From positions 1-64,000 of the forward strand of contig JAUCBJ010000203.1 in NCBI GenBank assembly GCA_032718475.1: 64,000 bases of DNA, written 5' to 3'. The stretch is from Nemertoderma westbladi. Taxonomy: Eukaryota > Animalia > Xenacoelomorpha. The position numbers and the translations under genes are program-made. The notes beneath the pieces are model-generated. The model did not search any database. It was not told the origin of the DNA and worked only from the letters and a program-made list of their open reading frames with translations. Below, piece after piece: positions 46,431 through 58,197 of the stretch (positions are counted from its first letter, which is position 1; each line of letters starts with the position of its first letter).

Positions 46431-47657
46431 CCTGGCTATCGCCAGGAGGATCAACCTGTTCACAACCTTGTTCTCTCGCTCTATTGAAACCTCCAGGCTT
46501 GAAGGGACACCGTGGCCAACAAGTTACTGTTTGCTTTGTTTGTCGGTCCGCCGGCATTGCTCCATTATAGCACAGGGCGATAACGTCATGTGACTTGGAT
46601 CCATTCGAGGATCGTTATTAGGGGTGTTCGCGGACAGAACGACCGACAGTGTCGGTTCGTACGTCCGACAATGTCGGACAGTTATATATATATATATATA
46701 CCTCGGATTAGGTTAAAAATGGGGTACTTTTGTTCGATCCCATCCAAATACACTCAACAAACAGTATTGTATTATAAGAAAAGTTCAAAATGACTTCTAG
46801 AATTTTTATTGAAATAATAAATAAAGTAAAGTATAAAAAGGGAATTCCAAACAAACCAAATAGTTGCAAAATACAGAACAGACATTACTGGCTACGTAGG
46901 TTCTGTAGCGCGTTATGGCAACTATATGACAGACAATAATGTACAACCAATATACCGTAGTAATATACGATAATTAATAGTCTAACTATTAATAATGCAG
47001 ACCCACACAAACAATAATTACTATTTAATATAATATTCGGAGATCCAGGGTAAACCTTCTAACCCTCAACTGTTAATACCATAGTGATGGTGAATTACAT
47101 CGCACTGTTGTTGCCTACCCCCCCCCCCCCGCATTATAAGTAATCAAGATATTTCTAATAATAATCCGTTTAAATAATTTGAGTAAAGGCCCCCTAAAAA
47201 CTCGTGCAGTATATATTATATGCACACCGACCTAGAATAATTCATCTTCTTCGTATGTTTGTTTACTATAATTTATATATGTTTATATAATAACATGTGT
47301 TTAAATAACATGTGTTACTTTGTAACAAACAACAAGTAAATATGTAGATTTACTCAAAAATGACTGCATATGAAAAACTGCATGAAAATTTTTTTGAGCA
47401 TAAAGAAGTGCGATTTGGTGGAATTTATTAAATTGCATTAATTTGATTCGATTAAGTATAGCAGCACTAAATTATAGATTTCGATAAAGCATAGTAGAAT
47501 ATAATAATATTGAGAACTATTCTACTTCATTAATTATGAACTAATCGCTCTCAGTGGAGTTCGTTGCAGTGATGATGACATTATCAGGGTATCGATACTA
47601 TCAACAGCCATTTTCTTTAAGATAATTTACGAGCTTCCCACAAACAGTGTTGCAATG

Positions 47658-47660
<3 letters not shown>

Positions 47661-47691
<31 letters not shown>
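47661..47691. repeat. (TG)15 microsatellite
   Basis: Direct reading. Confidence 0.97.
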
Positions 47692-47693
<2 letters not shown>

Positions 47694-47780
47694 GCAGGTA
47701 AATACTTAGAGAAAAGTGTAATGTAGCTTAGATAATCAATTAGGTCCATTTAGAAAATGATGTAAAAGCTCATAATAAAT

Positions 47781-48091
47781 GATTAATGCAGTAGATTAAT
47801 GCCGAGGGTTAATGCCGCGGATTAATGCCGCGGATTAATGCCGCGGATTAATGCCGCGGATTAATGCCGTGGATTAATGCAGTAGATTAATGCCGAGGGT
47901 TAATGCCGCGGATTAATGCCGCGGATTAATGCCGTGGATTAATGCCGTGGATTAATGCCGTGGATTAATGCCGTGGATTAATGCCGTGGATTAATTCCGC
48001 GGATTAATGCCGCGGATTAATGCCGTAGATTAATGCCGTAGATTAATGCCGCGGATTAATGCCGTGGATTAATGCCGTGGATTAATGCCGC
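47781..48091. repeat. 13-bp minisatellite GATTAATGCCG(C/T)G, ~24 copies
   Basis: Direct reading. The variant block gattaatgcagtagattaatgccgagggtt recurs at 47781 and 47872 (7-unit period). Confidence 0.95.
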
Positions 48092-48563
48092 TGGTGTCAT
48101 CGTGTTCCTTTTGAACCACTGTTTCTCCTCATCCTCCTACACATAGATTAATATCAAAGGAAAATAAACCCGAGCGCTTAATCGAAACGGCACTTTACGT
48201 TACACAGGGTTGTATTGATGTCGCAGCTACCTCGGATCGGAAGGAGAAAAACATAACACGCAATAAGTATATAATATAATTACCGGTATTTAACTTATTT
48301 ATGAATGGTTTTTAAACATAATTTAGAAAAATTTAATAAAATGTATAACAAATAAAGCCCACGTTCGAAGAAATACAAAGTAATAATAAACATTTTTATA
48401 ATAATGCCAACAATTGTAGATCGCCGTTGCAATATTTATTGCACTGACTTTCAAAATTGTGTTGTGCAAAACTTTGTAAATATAGTATCAATACTATAAA
48501 TAATAATAGTTTAGACCGACATAGTAATTAGCCTTTAGTTAGTAAACTGTGCAGTTAGTCTTT

Positions 48564-48612
48564 AAAGACAGACTTCAAAGACAGACTTCAAAGACAGACT
48601 TCAAAGACAGAC
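48564..48612. repeat. 13-bp tandem repeat AAAGACAGACTTC x3.8 in the presumed ABHD17 3'UTR
   Basis: Direct reading. Confidence 0.9.
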
Positions 48613-48744
48613 AGCATCGCATCGCATTATGTTATGGAACTATAAATAATAGAGTTTATGTTGCACCAGTTACAATTTCATTTAAATAACGAATTTATAA
48701 ATTTACATAAATTAATATAATTCGGTCGCATATAAATAAATACT

Positions 48745-48976
48745 TCAGTGGTTTGCAACTTGAGCGGGTAAATCAGTAGTAACGAATGTTTTTAGGCGTT
48801 CTAAGTATTGGCCGTAGAGTTCGACATCGTTGTGGCCGGCACCTTCGACCCATAGCGGCTCCACTGACCGCGGGCAGCGTTCGAAGATGGCTAGACCGTG
48901 GTTGAAGTCGATTACCTCGTCTTCAGTCCCGTGGATGACCAACACAGGAGATACTATCTTAGTGACCTTGTCAATG
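48745..48976 (-). CDS. ABHD17: ABHD17-family alpha/beta hydrolase (protein depalmitoylase), last coding exon (232 bp)
   Basis: Acceptor tttatttag|C, then [27 protein letters not shown]...[22 protein letters not shown] with catalytic Asp and His, and a TGA stop. Exons 281+375+232 = 888 nt = 295 aa + stop, in frame. Confidence 0.96.
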
Positions 48977-49331
48977 CTAAATAAACATAAAGGACAATTA
49001 TATTAAGGAACAAACAAATTAATTTTTGGTCGAAATGAGAAAGAAATACTAACTAATAAAAATATTAAATAAAAAAATGTTTTAGCTGCTTCTCGTAATA
49101 AACGATGGACGATTCTAGCGAACTCTGCCAAAGTAACAGAAAAGGGTTTAGAACTGTTTCTGTTGTTTTCCCAGTTACTTGTTTTTTGAAATTCAAGGAG
49201 ATAACGTACCCTTTGGCACGGTAGGTTGGGCGTTACTCTGTTTGTTTCAGGAAATTGGGTCTGTGCCAATTAGTGCCATTCAAACATATGGCCATGTATT
49301 TCTTGGCAAAACACGTTACATGAGGGAGACA

Positions 49332-49585
49332 GGGGGGGGGGGGGGGGGGGCTTGTCGCAAATCCCATCTCGGCGTATTAATATAAATGTTAAATTATCAA
49401 TTTAGAGAAAGGAGCAGGTTACAGTGGCACGTTATTCCAACCAAAACAATAAACTAAAGTCAATAGAACTGGTTACAGTTTTATGTTCGGGAGTAATCAG
49501 GTGTTAATTACGTAGATTTTCCACTGAAGAGGGATTAATTTTCAGTGCGGCGAAATTCCCCCCCCCCCCCCCCCCCCCACCCCCT
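49332..49585 (+). mobile_element. ~250-bp MITE-like dispersed repeat, copy 2 (in ABHD17 last intron); core motif also at ~52560-52625, ~60020-60075 and (inverted) ~62400-62480
   Basis: Inverted match to 46186-46430. Shared core aggaaa(g)gaacaggttacag...aaccaaaacaataaac. Confidence 0.75.
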
Positions 49586-50323
49586 ATCTGATATAAGGAC
49601 ATACAACAATACAACATCAACAAACGATTCAGAGCAGAGAGGACACTAATTATATAATATATATTTAATTATATACATGAAAAAAGTAATACTCTACGGT
49701 AGGAAAAAAAATTATCGTAAATAAGCACTTTTTGTCACTACAGGTGATTTCAAAAGACCGACATTAAAATATTCTGCCCGAGTGTATTGAGTTTTGCACG
49801 ACGGCAGAATATATGAATTTATTTTAACGAACACTATTTTATCTGAAAAATGAAACGAAATCTCCGCTCCGCTCAACGGCACTAAATGTACATTTTATTT
49901 ACATAAGATATATACCAGTACCTAAAGTATATATACGGGTAATCATACAGTTCAGTAGGCCTACTGTCTATGAGTGCGGGTACCATTTAACTAACAGGCT
50001 GTTAATAGCCGCCGACTGACCTAAACTTCACACTTTCTATCACTAATTTAGTTATAGAAAGTGCTAAAGTAAGCGAAAGCGATACTTACTTGCAATGTGT
50101 TTTCTACAAATGTTAGTGAGGAAAATTGATTTTTCAGATGATAATATTTACTTCCCCAGATGTAAAATATAACGGATTTTATATATCGATATTTATTTAT
50201 TGTTTCAAAAGTAATTCCTGTTATAATATACGGAGGAAATTATTACGAAACAATTTGGGATCAAATTTACAATAATATATCGCCAACCCATACCCAACCC
50301 ATTAGTTCTCGATTACAACTTAC

Positions 50324-50698
50324 CTAGCGAAGGCATCAAACCACCATGTGCGTCTCGTATCGGGGAAGGCGACTCTCATCCCGCTCATTAACGGGGAGTG
50401 GAGGATGACGCCGGCGCATTCGTATCGGGACGCGAGATCCACGGTGGGCACTGTGCCGATACTCTGTCCGTAAAGGAGTATCGACTCGGGACTGATCCCG
50501 TAGCGACTCCGCAACGCTTGCCACGCCGCGTCGATGTCCGTGTACAGGTTGCGCTCGCTCGCCTTCCCTGTGGAGACTCCGTACCCGGAGTAGTCGTAAC
50601 TAAATATGTTACAGTTCAGTCGCGTTCCCAAACCCACGTAGAAACTGCTCATCTGTCCGATATCAACCGCGTTGCCATGGGAGAAGAGAATATTGTAG
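50324..50698 (-). CDS. ABHD17: ABHD17-family hydrolase, coding exon 2 (375 bp)
   Basis: Acceptor tttctcag|C, then [24 protein letters not shown]...[12 protein letters not shown]...[15 protein letters not shown]...[13 protein letters not shown]...FDAFA, then donor AG|gtaagt. Contains the nucleophile GQSIG. Confidence 0.97.
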
Positions 50699-50776
50699 CT
50701 GAGAAATAAAAGTTACATCGTCGTGTTTAATTTATAATTATACATACATTATACATTACATACGGTATACCTGTAC

Positions 50777-51582
50777 CCAGGGCCGTGTTTAGGGAGGAGG
50801 GGGGGGGGGGGGGGGGGGCACCACGATCCAATAACTACAGCGATTGACCGAACTATAGAGGAGCCGAACTGAAACCGAATATGGCAATTTGGAATTTTGC
50901 CCCTTATTTTTTCCAAAATATATAAAAAACAAAAAGTTATTGTGAAAGACAGTAAATATTTTTGTAGCTTTGTGACATTTTTTTTCACTTTCGATTCTTT
51001 TATTTTTTGATGAGATGTTTTCAGACTGATATACACAGGAACATGTTTCAAATTTCTAATTTCCACGTCTAAATAGGGATATGAGTTTTCATGAAATATG
51101 TTTTCCAAGGAAATTTCCGAAAATTTCCGGAAAAGTATATTTCATCCGTAGTTACGACCAAAAGAAACAAGACAACTAACCACCTTAACACATCTAAGCA
51201 GGAATCCCTTGTTTCTCTTTCTACTGTTTACTCTACTTGTGTTTTACTGTGTTTTCAGAATGTACTTAATAAAATAATTAATAAAAGGAAATTTCCGGAT
51301 AATCCGAAAATGTAGAGGAAATTTCCGGGAAAATGTATGGGAAATTTCCAAACATTTCCTACTAATATATTTACATCTACATTCAGGTTTCTTTGAAAGG
51401 TATCTGCAATAAATATATTGAAAAGTTAGGGTAATGAAAACGAGATAAAATGTGTCTTTCAGTATATTATAGTCTGTGAGAAGTGCTTGGCGCCGTATAT
51501 GTGCAAACCCCATACAGTAGAACCCAGACCCCCCACCACTGACCCGACCCCAGGCCACCCACCACTCTAAATCCGGCCCTGG
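50777..51582. mobile_element. 806-bp non-autonomous TIR element (CCAGGGCCG...CGGCCCTGG) with 9-bp TSD, in the first coding intron of ABHD17
   Basis: TIR ccagggccgtgtttag versus reverse complement ccagggccggatttag. TACCTGTAC at 50768-50776 and 51583-51591. Internal GGAAATTTCC palindromic repeats. Confidence 0.75.
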
Positions 51583-51981
51583 TACCTGTACATTATACAG
51601 ATTTCAGTATTAACTAAAACACTAACTAACATTTATATAAACACATTTATTGTACCACTAGCTGACTACCGGTAGGGCTATTATTATATTGTTTAATACA
51701 GAAATATAGGCCTAATGATTTAATATACTTGTAATTTATATTCATTTATAATTGATAATATAATCATAGGCAGTTAATATTGATATTTTAGTTCAGTCAA
51801 TATAATATATGAGTATGGATGGTACTCATGAGTTGAGTATCCGTATTTACAACAACAAATAACTAATAATAAAGAGGCTGCTAGGACTAATTATTGCAAA
51901 ATTTCAGTTGCATAGCCCAGTGAGTGAGTGCAGGAGTGTCTAAGACTACAATTATTATGTAGGTTATTAATTACAACCAAC

Positions 51982-52262
51982 CTGGGATTAGGACAACAGC
52001 GTACGAACATGCAGCTAATTTTGTTGCCACTCTTTGTTTTAATTATAAAGACTTCAATGCAATCGAGTTCGCGTTGAGTATATTGCCACTCGGCTTTCTC
52101 AGTTAGGTGTAGGTTGTAAGTGGGAGAGGTCCCTGCAGTCTCGTCGCATTGAATATTGTAGGTGGGCGTTGGGGGGAGGAACGCCAGCTTTGCCGCGATA
52201 CGAGAAGGCCAGGGTGGACAGCAAAACAGGCTGCATATCTCGCTGAACGATAACCCATTCAT
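51982..52262 (-). CDS. ABHD17: ABHD17-family hydrolase, first coding exon (281 bp)
   Basis: MNGLSFSEICSLFCCPPWPSRIAAKLAFLPPTPTY...LHLTEKAEWQYTQRELDCIEVF...KSGNKISCMFVRC is the canonical ABHD17 N-terminus with its palmitoylated Cys cluster. Donor AG|gttggt, phase 2. Confidence 0.96.
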
Positions 52263-52452
52263 AACTAGTATAAGTAGACGATTGGATTTCCAAATTATAT
52301 GTTTTAATATAAATAGGCCAGTAGGCCTATATTTACAGATTTATCTGTTATTAGAATACGAGTACTTGAGTACGGTTTATATGTTGTAGGGCCTACAGCT
52401 GTAGGGTGTAGCGCCTAATGTACAAATGTACTTGCTTGAACGTGAACGGATG

Positions 52453-52758
52453 GCATATTACCAATTGGGGTGTCGTTTCAGCCTACCGGTATTTTAACAT
52501 ATGAAATTAATTTCGCGAATATTTAATTTCGATATTCACCATTTAAGGTGGGCCTACCTCTTAAAGGAAAGTAGCAGGTTATAACCTAATAATGGCAGGC
52601 TTTTCTAACCAAAAGAATAAACTAAATTTAGGAACACAGTTTAAGCCTACAGTAAATTTTTTACTTCAAGATACTATACATACAGTACTAATTCTTCAAT
52701 ATTAATTTAACATTAACCCTATGAGAAGGCTGAAACGACACCCCAATTGCCAATTTGC
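52453..52758. mobile_element. 306-bp MULE-type MITE with 9-bp TSD, ~190 bp upstream of the ABHD17 ATG
   Basis: Perfect 23-bp inverted repeat CAATTGGGGTGTCGTTTCAGCCT (52462-52484 / 52727-52749), extending imperfectly to G...C ends. GAACGGATG at 52444-52452 and 52759-52767. Confidence 0.85.
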
Positions 52759-53039
52759 GAACGGATGTGAACTTAATGTACGAATGTACATTAGGCCAAT
52801 CAAATACTCCCAATCAAATAGGCCTTCTGAAATAATGAAAATCAAATAATGAATATCAAATAGCACTGTTCTGTAGTGTTAGAAAAAGATTTTATTAATT
52901 CAGTAATTGTTATTTAGGCATCTGTAATGCTGTAGGCCTAATGTATATTGAAAATAAAATGATCCAATTTAAAATAAGGTAGAAATGTCTGTACCGGTAC
53001 TGGTACTGTATGTTTATAAAAAATATTTTATTATGTTAC

Positions 53040-53225
53040 CGTACTGAACTGAAAATAAGATGGTCATGGATCACGTAATTGCACGGCGACTCTAAAACAT
53101 TGAATAATAATGATTCGTCGTCAAGGATAGCCTGATAGCCCCTAGCCCCATGAGACTGCGGCTCGTTTCCATCTGACCATGGGGGTCCTCGACCTCGCCC
53201 TCGGTATGTGATGAACATATTATTG
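53040..53225 (-). other. Possible upstream (5'UTR) exon of ABHD17
   Basis: GC-richer island bounded on the minus strand by cttattacag| and |gtaaca. No coding homology seen, and splice-like sites alone are weak evidence. Confidence 0.25.
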
Positions 53226-53955
53226 CTGTAATAAGTCTATGAGTAAGATAAAGTAGGCATACTGGTAGTTAGTATAGTCTGATAGTATGTCTGTTTTTGT
53301 CTGATGATTAAATTTTAAAAATATTACCGTCAACACCCGAATGTGGGCATATATGCTTTTTAAAAAACCTCAAAGTTTTACATCATAATTTTAAGGGAAG
53401 TATCATGAAGTAAAATTCAATGAAAGTTTGATATCTAATCTTCACAATAAGTATTTAACAATTTATTATATTTCAGTTTTTTGTACATTTTTTTTTTTAA
53501 TTTAGAAAAGTGCCCACTTTACTGCTTTAAGGTACCGGTCTGCCGGTAGCCTAAAAAGTTCTACCCCAAAGTGAGCATTTTAACGGACTCTTCTTCAATC
53601 GACTTTTTAAAACATCAATTAGCTTAGTTTTTGCTTTAACATACCCCCTTATGTGGGCACCATTGGAAATTTAAAAAAAGCTATACAAACAGGGCGAAAA
53701 AAGTAACCAAAACAATGTATTGGTGAAAAATACAAGCGCTCCAAATATGCTAAAAATCAGTAAAATTTGATGAGCTATTTTTTGGATTCAGTGCCTTTAT
53801 TGAGTGCAAAATTTTGTCATAATACTTTGAAAATCAAACAAAACAACAAATTGTCTAATACATAAAACATAACTACCATGGCATTTGCCAGTGAGCCGCA
53901 ATGATTGATTATATCTGTATATTGTGGATTAACTGATTAAATTAATTAATTAAAA

Positions 53956-55919
53956 CGCAGTCGCAACTCAAACGAGTTATCATCTACGGACAATAGTTCT
54001 ACAACCCCAGCATCTCCCGCAGCGATCCCCGCTGCTCAACAGGATAACCAGGACTCTGCTTGCGCCTCGAGACCGGTTTCCAGTGATCAGCAGGGAAACC
54101 AGTAAAGGGAGACCATCGTTGCTCATCAAACCAGCACGCGTTTATCAAGTGTTGCTGCTTTAATGCCAGGTCACTGAAAAACAAATTGTCGGACTTGGAT
54201 GAGTTTATATCCACTACCCCGTATGATGTGATCGCGATAACGGAAACCTGGGCCAATGATTCTATTTCTGACGCGATGTTGTCTGGCAGCAAACGTTTCC
54301 GGGTCTTCCGGCAAGACAGACACGACCGGGTTGGGGGTGGAGTGGCCCTCCTTGTGCGGAACTCGATACAGTGCATACCTGTAGCACTTCCTCATCAAAC
54401 TACGGACATAGAAGCTGTAGCCATTGACCTCATCGACGGCTCTTCCCGATTAATATGCGCTTACTGTCCGCCACCTGTTCCCAGCGTTCCTGACACTACT
54501 ACCGAACTTTGCGAAGCTCTCAACATCCTGTGCGACACCAACTAACCGTGTGTAATCACTGGCGACTTTAATCTGCCGCTGTTCGATTGGACTGATGTTT
54601 CCCACCCGGACAACGATATCTATAACAACTTTTTTAGTTTCGTTTTGGAATCAGGCTGCCTCTTGCAGGTCCAGTACGAGCCTACCAGAGGTGACAACGT
54701 TCTAGACCTTATTTTTACCACGGATGACCATTTTGTCTCGAGCATTTCGACGGCTGCTCCATTCTCTACGAGTGAACACGCCACTGTGTCCTTCGATATA
54801 ATTGGTTCACCTCAGTGTGACAGCTCGGACACCTCTGCGCCACGTGGTTTTTACGATTTCGCTAATGGTGACTACACAGGTTTTAAGTCATTTATGAGGT
54901 CAATTAAATGGGAAGAAGACGAGTTTGCTTCACGTAGAACAGTGGACGATTTCTTCCTAGCATTTAGCAAGGTTATGAAAAGTGGTATAAATACTTATAT
55001 TCCTTATAAGGAATTTTGTAACGATAGCAACCAAAAGAAGTACCCTCATTACGTCAAGATTTTACAGAAAGCAAAGAAACGCTTGTGGCGCAGGCGTCAC
55101 TCGGAAGGCGGTATGGCTGCGTATAAATGTGTCGCAGCGCAAGCTTCCCGCTCCGCTCACCGTGCTGACTGCGAGCGGGAAATCCGGATTCTCAGTTCTG
55201 GAAACACAAATGCGATCTTTCGGTACCTGAAGAAAAAGAACTCCAACAGATCGGACATTGGCCCCCTGAAATATAAAGGTGAAACAGTAATTGATGACGA
55301 AACTAAGGCTACCATTTTTTCCTCTGTCTTTTCAGAAAATTTTACCCCTGACAATAATGTGCCTTTAAATTTTAACCGCAAAGTACCCTATAATGTTAAT
55401 TTATCTTCTGTTGAATTTAATCCTGTAAATGTTTCAACTTTTTTTTACATAAACTAGCTCCAAAACACAGTTCCACCCCGGACGGGTTCCCGGCTATTTT
55501 ATTTTCTAAACTAGCTTGTACAGTTGTACCATAGCAGCGCCCTTATCAGTTATTTTCCGTGTCTCTTTTGAATCGCACGCCCTTCTATCTGTTTGGCTCA
55601 CTGCCTACATTATACCTGTATTTAAAAAGGGCGATTCATAAGACCCTTATAATTACAGACCTATCTCCCTCACGTGTATAACCTGTAAGATAATGGAAAT
55701 GGTAATTAAAGATGGTTTGATAAATTACCTGTTAACAAACAAATTAATTACCTGGCAGCCCGGGCATAACACGGTTTTTTAAAGAGAAAAAGTACATGTA
55801 CACAATTATTAGATTGTCTTTCCAATTGGATTGGTGCAAACTTATAGATAAGCGTAAAAATGTTGATGTAATTAATATATGTAGATTTCTCTAAAGCGTT
55901 CGATTCTGTCGTACATAGT
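53956..55919 (+). mobile_element. Decayed CR1/L2-group non-LTR retrotransposon: ORF1 tail plus ORF2 (APE endonuclease and N-terminal part of RT), 5'- and 3'-truncated
   Basis: CFNARSLKNK...DVIAITETW...DR..RVGGGVALLV...AYCPP...GDFNLP..DW...PTRGDNVLDLIF, then PDGFP..., IPVFKKG..DPYNYRPISLT, HGF, DFSKAFDSV. In-frame stop at 54543-54545 and several frameshifts after 55440. No YADD motif. Confidence 0.93.
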
Positions 55920-56362
55920 TATCTGTCAGTCTGTCATACATACAGACATACATGTCATACATAGCATTTTTATCCAACAGATCTCAGCAAGTTTTGGTGG
56001 GCAATATGTTTTCACAGGTTTGTGCAGTTATCTCTGGTAGTCTGGTACGGTCCCAGACAGCCAGACTAGTTAACCAACCAGTCCTGCAGTCAGCTTAGTT
56101 GTTCACGTGCTGCTCGAAGTCCCAGACTAGTTAACCAGTCCGCTTAGTTGTTCACGTGCTGCTCGAAGTCCCAGACTAGGAAACCAGCAAGTTAGTTGTT
56201 CACGTGCTGCTCGAAGTCCCAGACTAGTTAACCAGTCAGCTTAGTTGTTCATGTGCTGCTCAAAGTCCCAGACTAGTTAACCAGTCAGCTTAGTTGTTAA
56301 CGAGCTGCTCGAAGTCCTAGGCTAGTTAACCAGTCAGCTTAGTTGTTCACGTGCTGCTCGAA

Positions 56363-58197
56363 CAGTCACTGATCTATGCCAAAATTGGCATTTTTCAAAA
56401 TTGGAAGTTTTCATGCCAAAATTGGAATTTTTGATATATTTTCTGTCCAGGGTCAGCCAATATTGGCTCTTGGCTGGGGTTAACTAAATTTTGCAAAAAA
56501 TTATATTTTGATGCATTTAGAAACTTATGACCGAGATAAAAAAAAATTCACCATGCTTTTGGTTTTTTATGATTAAAATTTTGATACTGTAACCTCTAGT
56601 TCCAAAATTGGAAGTTTTTGACCTGCCATTTTTGGCATTTTTTATTCTGATAGAGGAAGAGCAGCTGCAGACTGGCAGATAGAGATATCTGTATATTGGT
56701 ATATTACCGAACTTTTGTTGTAAATGTGTCAGTGTCATGCTGTGCTGCTGTGACAGCTGTGATGTGACATTATACATTCTAGTGCAGTAGTGAGTTGCAT
56801 GTGCTTGTGTGTGTAGTATATGGGTACTTGTACTATCCAATATCCGAATACCTTAATGTGAATGTTAACCTTGATATGATATCTTCTTAACTACATAAGA
56901 AACGCCCTGCGCTGGGCCATACAACAATGTAAGATTTGATCACATTATCAATTTCAATACTTTGTCTCTGTTTGTGTATAACTATACATTCTGACCTTTT
57001 TTTAAGAATTCACCATCACCTGCTTAGCTTGAAGAAGACTTAGTTCCAGTTGTTGTGTTAGTGTTAGTACTTCCAGAGGCGGTCATTCATTACCAGTGCC
57101 TTTTGTTTTATTAAATGCCGACTTTGTGCCACACATCTACCTGTCTACTGCATAAGTAACCGCTTTAGATCCTAGAGCACCTTAGACCCTGAACGAACTT
57201 AGATCTTGGGTGAACTTAGATCCTTCCCATTTGAACTTAGATCCTTCCCAGGCAGCCAAGCGAACTTAGATACTTCCCCTACTGCCATACGAACTTAGAT
57301 CCTTCCCATATGAACTTCGATCCTCAAAGTACGAACTTAGATTCCACCTTGCATATATCTGTATATATCAGTTCAGTATATTGCTGTACCATAGCTGTGT
57401 TAATGTAAAAACGTCATCCCCATACTGCCATAGGCCAGCAGACCTTACTGTAAATATTATCACGCTTGAAGGGAAGCGAACTTACAGTAGATCCTACTAC
57501 CATAATAATAATAAATAATACATTGCACCGAATTAGCTATTAATTTGCAAATTATAGTTTGTTGGTGATTAACTAATCGCAACTACTTTGAGTGTATGAC
57601 TTATTTGCATTAGATCATTATAAGTCTGTAAGTACTTTTATATGCTTAATGTAAAATGTAACACAGTACAATACTATAATATCAGTTGAACGTGGCCAGC
57701 ACTATATGATGTGGGATCTAAGTTCGCCTCTCATCTAGCAGTCTAGCGTGTGCTAAGGAATTTGTATAAATCTGGGATCTAAGTTCACCTAGTTCAGTAG
57801 TTAGGATCTAAGCTCCCCCGGACTACTGGATAGGATCTAAGTTCACTTAGTTAGGATCTAAGTTCAACCAGACTGCCAGATATAGGATCTATGTTCGCAT
57901 ATATCTGTATATAGGACCCAAGTTCGCATAGATATAAGTTCCTCAAACTGTCAAAGTCACGCCCTGCAGGATCTAAGTTCGTTTACCGAAATATATATAA
58001 TGCAAATGCATCATTACCTATACGGTAATAAATTTGCATGAAAATAGATTAGTTCAAACTGTCAAAATACATTATTAATCTAATATCTGGCTGACTGGTG
58101 CCTATCAGTACTAGTTCCAATTTTGGAATTAATGCCGAAATTGGAATAAAAACTTCCATTTTTGAAAACTGCCAATTTTGGCATAGATCACTGACTG
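56363..58197. mobile_element. Non-autonomous TIR element A: CAGT...ACTG ends, ~49-bp TIR, 5-bp TSD TCGAA
   Basis: Left cagtcactgatctatgccaaaattggcatttttcaaaattggaagtttt versus right reverse complement cagtcagtgatctatgccaaaattggcagttttcaaaaatggaagtttt. TCGAA at 56358-56362 and 58198-58202. The host minisatellite unit fixes the duplication at exactly 5 bp. Confidence 0.92.
57155..57988. mobile_element. Foldback/MULE-like element with tandem GAACTTAGATCC subterminal arrays, nested in element A (left boundary approximate)
   Basis: Multiple GAACTTAGATCC at 57195-57345 and inverted GGATCTAAGTTC at 57714-57981. Right end ggatctaagttcgtttaccg. Confidence 0.7.

Noticed and set aside
50336-50709. Alternative ORFs overlapping ABHD17 exon 2 (50398-50709 +, 50336-50524 -)
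   Set aside because: These are shadow frames of a GC-richer coding exon.
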